DNA of 64,000 nt from an uncultured virus (IMG/VR IMGVR_UViG_3300035698_010745) (lineage: Duplodnaviria; Heunggongvirae; Uroviricota; Caudoviricetes). Position 1 is the stretch's first letter. Each line of letters opens with the position of its first letter. The notes beneath the pieces were generated by a model, which was not told where the DNA came from, did not search any database, and worked only from the letters and a program-made list of their open reading frames with translations. The DNA lies in the IMG/VR virus record IMGVR_UViG_3300035698_010745; one strand, written 5' to 3'. The translations under genes and the position numbers were made by a program. Below, one piece after another: positions 36,201 through 46,984 of this stretch.

Positions 36201-39200
36201 CGAACGGGGAAACGACCATTTTTGTCAGCAACAGGGCCTTTGGTGAGTATCCCACCGCAGGTGCCACAAGAGATGGTCACCTTGGGGTCGGTTGTGATTG
36301 ACATAGGGCCATACCAACCACAAGTAGGACAGAAACCGGGGGTAGTCACACCGGCTCCTCTTCTTCCACATCCACGGTTCCGACGGGCACATATTGGTCA
36401 CAGACAACGAGTCGCATTGTCCGCATTGGGCAGTTATTTTGCCACGAACAGGAATCACAGTCACGAATGGTTTTGCCCATGCGCCTGGCTTCGTGCTGGA
36501 GTTTCCTAAATTTGGACCAGTTCACGCTGGCTCCTCATCGTAGACATGGACATACCCTATCATGGGCTCTGCGAAGTGTTGCGCTCTGCCTCTACAATTT
36601 CTAATTTCCGAATTGACGTGATACCAAATCCCGAGGGCAAAATTGGGTAAAATGGGGTGTGAGCAGTGTCGACAGATGGACCGCCATTTCCAGTTGTCGA
36701 GATTAACCTTCACGCGGGCTCCTCATGTTGGACCAGGCCGTAAGGATACGCACAACGGGCTGCAAATTGGAAGACGGTCATGCCAATGGTGAAGTGTGGC
36801 ACCGGGTTATCGGTGCAGATGAGGCTCTTCCCCGAGGTGGTTCCCAACGGGCCGTACTGTATCTTCACGTCGAAGTTCCCATCCGTCCTTGGGGTGACTT
36901 GCAGGGACGTGATGATGTTGCAGCCGCAGCGGTTGCCGTACCGGTCACTGAAAAGCATCAGGTGCCTCATGTGTTGCGTCATGCTTTTCATACTCTCTCC
37001 TCTTGCCAAGTTACGGCAACGCCGAAAAGGGCTTTCGCCTCGGTGATAAACGATTTCCAGTTGCGGCCAAGGATATTTGGGCATCGGCGTTCTTGGTTAT
37101 AGGCATGAACATACTCGCCACCATCATCATCGATGCGCAAGGATAATCCACAGTGGGCACAGTTTGGATGGAGGGTATTCACGCTCGCTCCTCGGCTCGT
37201 ACAAAGACAAGGTGATTCTGTTCGCCCTTGGGTGGGTCGTGGTTTAGAAAGCCTCCACACGTTCCGCATTGGGAAGGGTCATTCCACTTGAGACGGTTGT
37301 CCACACGATAGCTGGACTGGCCACTACCATCCTCTCGCAAGATGACGATGGTTTGCTCGCCGCAGTCCTGGCATCGGGCGGTTTGTGCTACACCGGGCAT
37401 GGCTCCTCGTTCCAGGGTATGCCACAGCCTTTGGGGACAGCTCTGCGGCATGCCTTGTCGGTGGGTTGATGGGGCATCTTGGAGATGGGGCAGACGTTCC
37501 ACATGGATTTGTAGATGGCGCATTGCTCACAAGTTCGGATTTCCTCGGGTGGAGCCTTGTCGTATAACCAGTTCATTTCGGTTCCTCTTTTCTTGTATAG
37601 ACGACATTTTTAGGGCAGAAATGTGAGCACTGGGCCATCCCGCTCAGCAAGAGGCTACAGCATTTTTTGGCACGCCAGCACGCCGCGCAGGGGTGGGCTG
37701 AAGGCTTGAGTTGGTTCATTTCGGTTCCTCCACCATAAATCCTCTGACGGTGACGCCATTGACGAATCGGATATATGCTTCCTCTCGCACACCGTGGCCA
37801 CAGCAAGCGTTATCTACTCCTGGCAATTCACCCAGGCATAGGTCGGCATCGCCCTCATTGGAGCCCTGGAAGGTACGACCACAGCGTTTACAGGGCCGGA
37901 CAACGCCATCGAAACTGGCATGCTCGTGAGTGTCTTCATAAACCCATCGGCCTTCGGGGTATTCCCCTTCGTAGATGATGGGATGGCCTCTAAAGAATCC
38001 GCGCCTCATGCTGTTTTTTCCTCCCAGATAACCACGACGCCTTTGCCGTCTACTACCCACGCGACATGGTCTGAGCCGGGCACATTGTCATGGACACAGG
38101 TACAGTCATCGAAGATAATTTCGTCTCTGATATCGGTATGGATTTCGCCCTTGCATTGACGGCAGTGGTGGACTTCAGCAACGTAAAGCGCATCTATGAG
38201 CCGTTGGTTGACGCTGGCTGGTACTCTAGCTTGCGTGCTCACAGCTTGCGCTCCTCCCACACGGTGACCAGGGGGCTGCCCGTAACGCTTTCCACAAAGA
38301 CTCCACTCATCCCTTGGTTGAAGTGTCGGCAGTCATAGTCATGGGGGAACGACTCGATGACGCCATGAAGCGACGCTGGTATCCAGGCTGACGCCTTGCA
38401 GTGGGTACAGCACAGGTCCAGGCCACCTCGGGGCGGGTCAAAGAACTTGAGGAGATGCGAGCAAAATACTGGAGGTGGGGTAAAATTGCGTTTCGGTATC
38501 ATGTTGTCTCTTCCTGATAAGTTCTGACGGTGCCTGCTGGGCACCATACCTTGACGAATTCCCGATGGCCGCAATCGAAGCAAGACTTGTTCTCGGCCCG
38601 GAAGACGTAGCCCAACTTGGGGCTGCCACACATCGCACAAACGTTAATCTTCCGGTTCATGCTGGCACCTCGGACATAATCATTACCACTGTGGCATTTG
38701 CTGGCTTCAGGAACGCCTCCCTGCCCTTGTAGGGGCCTGACTGGATGATTCCCATGCAACACCCCTTGCTGTTTTCAAGAGGCTTTCCTGTGGGCATTAT
38801 CGTGCCGTGCGTGACGCGGGTCCGTGGCCCCATGATAACGACTTCCTTACCGCAATGCCGACACATCTGTTTCTTTCTCATACGGCCTCCTCGTCACGCA
38901 CCCGTACCAGGCCGGGCATAGGCCACACTCTTAGGCGTGTCGCCCGGCTACGTGGGCAATGGGAGCAATAGTTAGCCAGGACGGGTGGCTCTACGGCATT
39001 GTCGTACCCCGCAGCCATGCGGACCATGACGGTTCGTCTGCAAGCCGGACACCATGCCGTTCCTGTATAGCTCATGTGTCTGAGGAATGGCGGGTTCATA
39101 TGAGTTCTTCCTCTATGATGACCACGGGGTCGGATATGGTTGAAGTTGGCACCTTGTGAGATTCCACATCCTCGACCTTGATGATATGGCCGCAGGTAGA

Positions 39201-40027
39201 ACAATACGCGAATCCGGTATACATCATGTCTCTTCCCACACAATCCCTGTGCCCCTGGGGACCTGGCAAACACATTCTACCATCTGTCCATTCAGTTTCA
39301 CTTGCTTCACAGGCATGTTGTTCTTATTCATTCGCACCCTAACGCGCCGGTCGCACAATTGCGGATGGCCTAATGCTGCACACGAATCGCAAAGCCTTTC
39401 AATATCGACCTGTCTCACAGCGGATAGCCGCAATTTGCGCATTCAGTTGGCCAGATGACTTCTCCGGCAATGATATTAGAACGAGGTGCTTCCCCGCACT
39501 CGGCACAGTCCCGAGGCTTAGCATTAACTTCAACCTTCTTCGCCTCCCATCGGTCTGTGAATCTTCTGAGACATTGACGACACGGGTTGGCCCAATTGTC
39601 CTTGCCATACGGTTCATAAGGGGCTCCGGTATGATGCTTCACAGCGTGCTTGCATGTCTGGCAAGCGGGATAGTCCAACACGGGCTCATCCTTCGGCAGC
39701 CCACCGTCAGTCCGTATGCGTCGTGGAGGCGGATGGGCTGGCGGCGGTGGAGTGCCTCCCTGTCCTTTCGGCGGGGGCGGTGGAGGTGTCGTCGGTGGAT
39801 TGTTCACGCCTCCCTTTCTGACGAGTCCCTCTTTGATTTCCTTCTTCATCCGTTTGCCTCCCTGAAGTGTTTTAGTTCGGTTTTGACAGCCCCTAATTGT
39901 TCTGCCATGCCGTCAATCCGGTCGTCGACACGGAAGTTGCCATCCTTGATGTCGCTCAAGACCAGCGTGGCTTCGGCTCGGACTAGTTTCATGCGAGCCT
40001 TAAGCCGCCTGTGGTGTTCATTCTTTG

Positions 40028-40357
40028 TCATACTATCGGCTCCAGGTAGTTCACGGGCTTGCCCTTGCTTTCTGCGTATGCGATTTCCTGACGAGTCGAA
40101 TCGCCGATGTAACCCCTTACGTTTATCACGAACAGCTCGTCGGCCATGTCAATCTTGGCAAGGTGGATTTCGTCCATGTGTGTTGCACAGCCTTCTATCT
40201 CGGCTTGGTGGTGTGAGGCTGACAAGTACCACCCAGGCAGCAAGTGACAGCCCAACGTGACGACGTCACCATCGCGCTCCATTTTCCACATCTCGACAGC
40301 CATCACGTCGATAAACTTTGAGCTTCCTGAGAAGCATACGACCTTAAACTTCTTCAT
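40028..40357 (-). CDS. nucleoside 2-deoxyribosyltransferase-like protein
   Basis: VCFSGS.KF, HLAKIDMADELFVIN..GYIGDST..EIAYA...GKPV.YLE. Confidence 0.7.
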   Translation of the reverse strand: MKKFKVVCFSGSSKFIDVMAVEMWKMERDGDVVTLGCHLLPGWYLSASHHQAEIEGCATHMDEIHLAKIDMADELFVINVRGYIGDSTRQEIAYAESKGKPVNYLEPIV

Positions 40358-40875
40358 ACCGATACCTCCTGATGAGTTAAGGCTGCACCGGGCGGTACCG
40401 GCGTGCCTGTTCTGTGTTTGTTGATGCACTTACAATCCGTCATACCGCCGTCCATGCCGTTCAAGTAACACTTCTGGCCACAGGCTCTGCACCACATGCG
40501 GTTGGCAACTTCGTCGGGTGGTGGCTGCAACCAAGCCCACACTACCACTTCCTCCTCCCTACCAATGAAGACCACGCCGTAAGATGGGCACACATAGAGT
40601 GATTTACCACAGCAATCACTCAGGTAGAAAAGGATGCTTGGCTCATCCCGCGTGACCATGTCGACCAACCACAGCTTACCGCACGCGGGGCAATAGGCGG
40701 GGCCAGTGTACTTCTTTAGCATGGCTCCTCCTCGGCCACACAAACGACGCTGCTGGCACTTTTCATAAACAGGCCCAAGTCCTGCTGGATGACATGTCTT
40801 ATCTTGCGCGGGTTGTTGCACAGCACCCATTCCTTGCCGCATCCGCTATATGCTTCCCTGTCAAACATGTTCATG

Positions 40876-41253
40876 TCAACGCCTATCTATCACTACCTTG
40901 TTGACTACTTTGCCGCTGAACCACTTTACTGTAAAAGCAGTGGCAACATCCGCATCGAAATCCTTGCAGGAAAAGATATTCACATACACCGCCCGCAGTG
41001 TGTCCAAGGTGTGAATCGTGATGTTGCTCGTGAGGATAAACTGTATCGCACTCGTGCCCTTAGTGTGAGGCGAAGTCTGCTTCTCCTCTTCCGGGACTCC
41101 CACATCATCCCAGAAATGCATCTCACATCTCTGCATGTCAATCAGACTACACAAGTTCTCAAAGTACCGAGCAATACCATGTCTCGTGAACACCACAACA
41201 TCGCACTCGTGCAAGTCCAATATTAACTCTTTACCATATGCGTCATTTCTCAT
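40876..41253 (-). CDS. speD: S-adenosylmethionine decarboxylase proenzyme
   Basis: YGKELILDLHEC, GTSAIQFILTSNITIHT, YVNIFSCKDFD. Confidence 0.85.
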   Translation of the reverse strand: MRNDAYGKELILDLHECDVVVFTRHGIARYFENLCSLIDMQRCEMHFWDDVGVPEEEKQTSPHTKGTSAIQFILTSNITIHTLDTLRAVYVNIFSCKDFDADVATAFTVKWFSGKVVNKVVIDRR

Positions 41254-43436
41254 GTGGCTGCTCCTTAAAAATGAAGGCCGAACCATCAGGCACAAGCGTT
41301 GGGAGGCTGATGGTGCATTGACATTGGTCCTCAATGGCTATTGGCTCTTTGCGTAGGCCACAAACGAGACACCGAAAGCGATTCCGACGGACCATTTCGC
41401 CCAGTACGGACCTATGGGATATTTGTATGCAGTCGTTTCTGCTCATGCCTGCTTCTCGCATCCGATAGCAACACTTCCTTTGGGTGGCTCTACCGCTCGA
41501 ACGGCACTCCGCATCCGTCCCCCCAGCGATGTCCCGCAGGGATGTGGGTGAGATGTCCACCCTCCGCATTCCTCATCCGTGTGTTCGTTGATGTCGGACT
41601 TGCAATCTGCTTGGGGATGCTTTTGGAACCATCTGTTAATGTAACCGCAATCCAAACAAGTCTTCACCACTTCGATGTAGACACTCATGCCTGCTCCTCC
41701 TGCCAGATGAAAGAGATAGGTTTCACACATCTCCCCACATTATGACAGACTTACCGTCAACACCCACCGGTCCTGTTAACCGCAACCCGGCCCTGGAGGT
41801 GGACACAATGACCTTTTTCGAGCCACACTTCTTTGGCTCCTTACGCGTCGGGCATCGGTTTCTTTTCTTTTTCGGCATACTGCTCCTCCCTGTACACATA
41901 GATTATACCCTTTTTACGGAACTGAAGCGTCGTTTCTTTGCTGCCACAGCTTGAGCAAATCTGGCCAGCCGTCTGCTGGGTAGGCATAGAATGGATATGG
42001 ATGTATTGAAGCTTGTGGCTACCACATTTGTCACAGACGGCGATAAGTTCCCCCGAAACCGGGTGGAAGAATGGAGGGAAGTTAAATACCTTGCTACCGA
42101 TTGAGATATTCAAGTTATTCACGCCTTTCGCTCCTTTTTGGGCAAAATGACGCCCTTGGGGACCCGTTTGGAGCACGGGTAATGGCTCAGACCACGAGAA
42201 TAACACTCCAGAAGGCGTTGACACGTCCGGCAAGGCCCACGTGGGGGTATGGGCGGTTTGGGCAGCATATAACCCATTACAGGGCCTCCTCGTGCCATAT
42301 ATGGGCTACGCGGCACGGTACCAAGGATGGACCGGGGCAATCAGAACCGCAATCAGGGCACAGATTTTTAAGAGGAGGATGTAACAACTCGACAGGGCGT
42401 CCGCACTTGCCACAAACGGTCATGTATGGCGTCAACGTGCCGTCTTCGACCTCATTCTCCATTATGGTTGTTGGCATAACTGCTCCCGGCACAATCCTTC
42501 TGACATAGCTCCTCCTGCCAGGCGTTCACTATGCCATGCGGGGAGACTTGGCACAACCAATCCAAGCCTCCACAATCACAACACGTCCATTCATTGTTGA
42601 CTCCCTCCCATTCGACGCATCCGCAGAAACACATCCGTGTCACGTATCCGTTAGACTCTACACTCGTTCTTAACATAAGCTACTCCGTAGGGCATCAGCT
42701 TGACATCCACCTTATGGCCACACTCATCGCACCAATGAGTCACGTGTGGGAAATGGATATGCCGAATGGGCGCTTCTTTACACTTGATACACGTCGCACG
42801 CACTGGCACCGTGGCAAGTTCCTTTACGTTGAGGCTCTTCATCAATGCAGATAGATTGGCGATGAGTGGGCTCCTCATACGGACTCCTCTTGCCAGGTAT
42901 AGACACAGCCTATGGAGTAGCGTATCTCACGAGACACACGGCTTCCGCAATCCTTGCACTTGCGTTCGAACCATTGGTCCATCCGCCATAGATGGATTGA
43001 GCCGCACTCCGAACAAATATCCACTCTCGCACTCACATGGGCTCCTCGTCTTCGATGTAGGCCGCTCCGAGTGGGGCACCCTCGACCTGGCATTCGCGCA
43101 GACATGTAGCCCTCACCGGAATGGTGACGATGTGCAGGTCAGACCATTTCGTTTTCTCCGTCATCGAGTCCCCACATTGGTTCTGCCGGACTGCCGATAA
43201 CCTTCTCGCTCCACGGTAGGCCGTCAACAAACCACAGGAGCGGATTAGGGCCGTCCATCTCTTCCCATTCTATACACATGGTCAACTTAAGAGTAACAAA
43301 CCAGACAATAATACCCTTCCAGTTGGTATCCAAGCCTTCTCCTTCTACCCAATAATCCTCAATTCTCCCAATCCTGCTCCAGCCAGGGCCTGTAGCCATA
43401 ACCGGCATCCCCAATCCTACGGGCCTTGGCAAGTCG

Positions 43437-43838
43437 TTATAGTGTATCAGTTTCATTACCCCTCCTTGCATGTAAGGAAGGGCATGTTGGGCTGTGAATC
43501 CGAAACCTATTTATGGTCGTGGCTTGTCCAGTGTCGAGTTCCTGCTCACTCCATGTCCTCGGTATGTCGTCCGGGGGCAAGTTCTGCACGTTCAATTGTA
43601 CCCTGTTCTTCCTGGTGCTGCAATCTTTGCAGATGGGAGTACCCTTGCCAATCCAGAACCAGCCACTACCCTTGCCAATCCAGAACCAGCCACATTTCGG
43701 ACACCAATACAACAAATCCGGTGTGTCTACTATGGGGCGGACCATTGCCGCAGCCAGGTGCTTACGGCCTTCCGATGTGGACAGTATCCGGGCTATGATG
43801 TCGTTCTTCTGACATACCGAACCAGATTTGCTGCTCAT
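43437..43838 (-). CDS. Zn/motif protein with possible capsid N-arm fragment
   Basis: IIARILSTSEGRKHLAAAMVRPI, CPKC/CKDC, VQNLPPDDIPRTWSEQ. Confidence 0.6.
   Translation of the reverse strand: MSSKSGSVCQKNDIIARILSTSEGRKHLAAAMVRPIVDTPDLLYWCPKCGWFWIGKGSGWFWIGKGTPICKDCSTRKNRVQLNVQNLPPDDIPRTWSEQELDTGQATTINRFRIHSPTCPSLHARRGNETDTL
43640..43693. repeat. 27-bp perfect in-frame tandem duplication
   Basis: TACCCTTGCCAATCCAGAACCAGCCAC x2 (GWFWIGKG twice). Confidence 0.95.
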
Positions 43839-44691
43839 GCCAGACGATTACCTGCCTTCCCGGTGGAGGTTTGAACGATTCCAGGCGGCCAGCACAGCGC
43901 GGGCAATAAGCCAACCCCTCAGATATCGTGTTCCAGCCACAATTACAGCCCTGGAAACGGTCCTGACTCAACAGTCTCATCCCACACCTCAACGATGCCC
44001 AATGGTAGGGGCTCGGCCACGCGCTCGGCCATTGGACTTGAGCCAGAGCCATGCGACCCTTGCCCGTGGATAGCCGGGCAATTCTTTCGGCCTTGGCTTG
44101 GTTACAGGCTTTCTTGTCCGGGTTCAACACGGGCCGGTATCGCGAGCGGGCTTGCGCCGGATACCGTTCTCCATCTCGTCGATGTAGCCCTGAATCCGAT
44201 TCAAGTCATTGCCCCGCGTGTCATCGTCACCCTTGGCTTCGTCATATTCAAAGGTTTCGGTTGAACCTCCACCCGAAAAACGAACCAACAATCCCCCATG
44301 CCCGGACATCTGTGCGTCCTGCTTACGGCACCAGCACACATTGGTGACATTGATAGTGGTTCTCGCTCTGTCGTACAGCCTCATAATTACTCTCCCAATC
44401 CCCACTGGACTCCACCCGCATCGTATACCGTTCCCTCGCTGACAAAGCGGAGAAGGGCCGATTTGCGGACATATCTCTTTACTCTCCAGGCTTTCCATCC
44501 CTGGCACCGGCCCCGCATCCCTACCCACAAGACATCAGCGCCACTATGGGACCGTGTGACACTGCACCAGTTCTCGGCGACCTTGTAAGGGCCATGCTTG
44601 TTGTATTCATCGAATAACTGGCGAGCCGTCATCGTGTTCTTTCGCCCGGCATGCCTCGGTTTTCGGCCCTTGAAGGCAATCATTCGTGTTT

Positions 44692-44859
44692 TCATTCTGC
44701 ATCCTCGATAGGCAGAACCGTCTCAACGGGGGAGACATTGTTGTCGTTCGCCGTTTTATGACGGGCCTTGTTGATAACCGGGATAAGTAGTCCGGCCAGG
44801 AGGGCGATGATGGCTATAACTATCAGCAGCTCGATGAGCGTGAATCCTTGTTTCTTCAT
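44692..44859 (-). CDS. minimal prepilin-like peptide (55 aa)
   Basis: MKKQG|FTLIELLIVIAIIALLAGLLIPVINKAR; ORF open to 44991. Confidence 0.8.
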   Translation of the reverse strand: MKKQGFTLIELLIVIAIIALLAGLLIPVINKARHKTANDNNVSPVETVLPIEDAE

Positions 44860-45139
44860 GGTACTTTTCCTTTTGGGTTTTTGTGATGGCCAGCGAATGC
44901 CCTTGTATCTCTTTTCGAAAGCCTTGGTGTTTTCACCTTGGCGACGTTGGCTGCCCTTTCCGTTCTGTTCCAGTAGTTCCGACATTGACAATTCTCTCCT
45001 GGCCTACGATAACGACCCCTTTAGGAATCCACTCCTTATCAGAATCGCTTGACAATTTCAAACATCTAACGCATCGGTCGGGCACACCCGCCAAGCCCAT
45101 TGCACAGCTTTCACAGTCTCTTTTCATTCCACTTTTTAC

Positions 45140-45353
45140 TTAGCCGCTTGTGGGGTATGGGTGTCTTTCAAGCTATGACACACTTGCATGACGTGGGTGT
45201 CTTAGTTTCAATGGCTCGCTTACTTCTGGTGGGTGTCTTGGAGCACATGGCTCGCTTTTCCTGCATGGGCGTCTTCATATTCATGGCTCGCTTGCAGTCT
45301 ATGTGTCTTCTGAATTATGGCTCGCTTTAGTTCTTTGGGTGTCTTCTGCCCTG
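45140..45353 (-). ncRNA. TIGR-type tandem interspaced guide RNA array (about 5.5 units of 36 nt)
   Basis: Alternating AAGCGAGCCA and AAGACACCCA repeats separated by unique 8-nt spacers, 36-nt period, immediately 3' of a Nop-domain gene. Confidence 0.85.
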
Positions 45354-45360
45354 AAGTTCT

Positions 45361-46452
45361 TTACGCGGCGATGTCCTTCCCGATGGACTCCTCTACGGCC
45401 CCCTGAGAGGGCTTTTCGTACTTCCATCCCCGCGCTTCCGGGTCAATAGTACGATGGCTCTTGCCAAGCTGTGCCGTAGCGTAGCTCGGGTTCGTGTCGC
45501 ATCCCGCCAGCGTCCGGCCTACAAACCACCAGTCAGCTAGGAAGTGCTTGATGACCGCCCGAATGGCTGCACCATGCCGATGACTCGGCTTCGTGTCCTT
45601 CCACGGCAGCTCCACCAGCTTGCCTTGGGTCGTGCGAGTCTTGACCACCTTGTCAGACACCTCAAGCCGAGCCTTCACGCGGTCGTAGATTTCGCGGTAA
45701 TCCCCACGGCTTTTGATTTGTGCGTCCGCAAAGGTGTACAGCACCGTGCGCAGTGTCTTGTTGCCACCACCTGCTTCTCCCTTGGTGTACCGCTCGTGAC
45801 TCGGCTTGTCCAGCCCCACGTACTGCCACGTACTGGAGGCATGCGGACACTTCTCCTGACCGGCGCGGGGATGAGCCTTGCCCTCCCCATCCTCGTCGGG
45901 GAAGATGCCTGCCAAGTCAAGGTAGACGAGGCAATAGGCCACCGTTATCGGGCCGCAACCCTTGACACCCAGTGCAGCCTTGGCCAGCGGGTCATCAAGA
46001 GCAATTACCGCATCCGACACCTGCTTGGTCAGCTTGGTCAGCGTGCGGTTCGTAAAGCCCAACTGCTGTTCGAGATGCAACTTCATCTCGGGGTTGAAGT
46101 GGTCCGTCCGGCGGTCGTAGGCACGCAACCTGTTGGCGATGCCGTTACGCAGCTTGACAACCTGATTCCGGTCGTCCACCAGCGTTTTGAGGGCCTCCAT
46201 CTCCGGTGCCCGTTCCCGGAAATTGCCGTGCTTTTTCATGTGCCCAACCGGGTCCAGCACGGAAACGTTGCCTGTGTCGTCATAGGTTCCGCCATCAGCC
46301 TTCGGCGTGTCCCGATGCGTGTCTACCAGTTTCGTTTGTTTGATGAGTTGCGCCATCGACATTCCGGTCACCTGTTCCAGCGCCTCAGCCAGTTCGGGCT
46401 CCTGGGTTGCCAATCTCCGCAACGCATCTTTCTTTAGCTTCTCCTTGCCCAT
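45361..46452 (-). CDS. TIGR-associated Nop-domain protein, TasA-like (IS110-related, no recognisable nuclease)
   Basis: Coiled coil (R.Q..KLR..IANRL), VKGCGPITVA, ASSTWQYVGL, GGNKTLRTVLY, YREIYD..KAR, HRHGAAIR..IKHFL.D.W; SD GAAGGAGG; adjacent array. Confidence 0.82.
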   Translation of the reverse strand: MGKEKLKKDALRRLATQEPELAEALEQVTGMSMAQLIKQTKLVDTHRDTPKADGGTYDDTGNVSVLDPVGHMKKHGNFRERAPEMEALKTLVDDRNQVVKLRNGIANRLRAYDRRTDHFNPEMKLHLEQQLGFTNRTLTKLTKQVSDAVIALDDPLAKAALGVKGCGPITVAYCLVYLDLAGIFPDEDGEGKAHPRAGQEKCPHASSTWQYVGLDKPSHERYTKGEAGGGNKTLRTVLYTFADAQIKSRGDYREIYDRVKARLEVSDKVVKTRTTQGKLVELPWKDTKPSHRHGAAIRAVIKHFLADWWFVGRTLAGCDTNPSYATAQLGKSHRTIDPEARGWKYEKPSQGAVEESIGKDIAA

Positions 46453-46464
46453 AATCCGCCTCCT

Positions 46465-46673
46465 TCATATTGTCACTGCATGCGCAATGTCCCTCTTCTC
46501 ATGCCAAGTCAATGCCGCCCCATCTCGTGCCGCATTCGCTCCGTTAATGATGGCCTCGGTCCAGCTCAGCTCACCTCACCATCCAACCACCTGTCTCCAA
46601 TATTCTGCATGGCCAACGCTTCCAGCCTTAGCCGGGCTTGCCGGATTTCCTCAATCTCATTTCGCAAACTCAC
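46465..46673 (-). pseudogene. frameshifted motif-bearing small gene
   Basis: Removing a 5-nt duplication near 46562-46579 restores a 67-aa ORF ending ARDGAALTWHEK... Confidence 0.5.
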
Positions 46674-46984
46674 GAGGCAACTTCATCCCACACGGTCACG
46701 GCACCGGCGAACTCTACCCTGGCCCCGAATAGAAAAATACCATTTCCACCAATATCTGCCGCCTCCTTAAAGTTGCGGCCCCAGTTGCGTCCGGTCAAGA
46801 TAGTGCACTCGACAAGCATATCATACCGTTCTATTTGGCTCATGGCCTTATTGACTTGCATAACCGTCTGGCAATGTCGTGCATCACAAATGCCCTTGAC
46901 TTCGTGGTCGCACTCCCCATCCACAAAGTCAAACGGGTCAAGGTGTCGTTCACCACACTTTACGCATCTAAACTCATGGGCCAT

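Noticed and set aside
45140..45353. CRISPR array
   Set aside because: Repeats are 10 nt and alternate between two types with 8-nt spacers; no cas genes seen
45361..46452. Active IS110 transposase
   Set aside because: No N-terminal DEDD RuvC-like domain visible, and the adjacent dual-repeat array fits Tas better; a degenerate IS110 is not formally excluded
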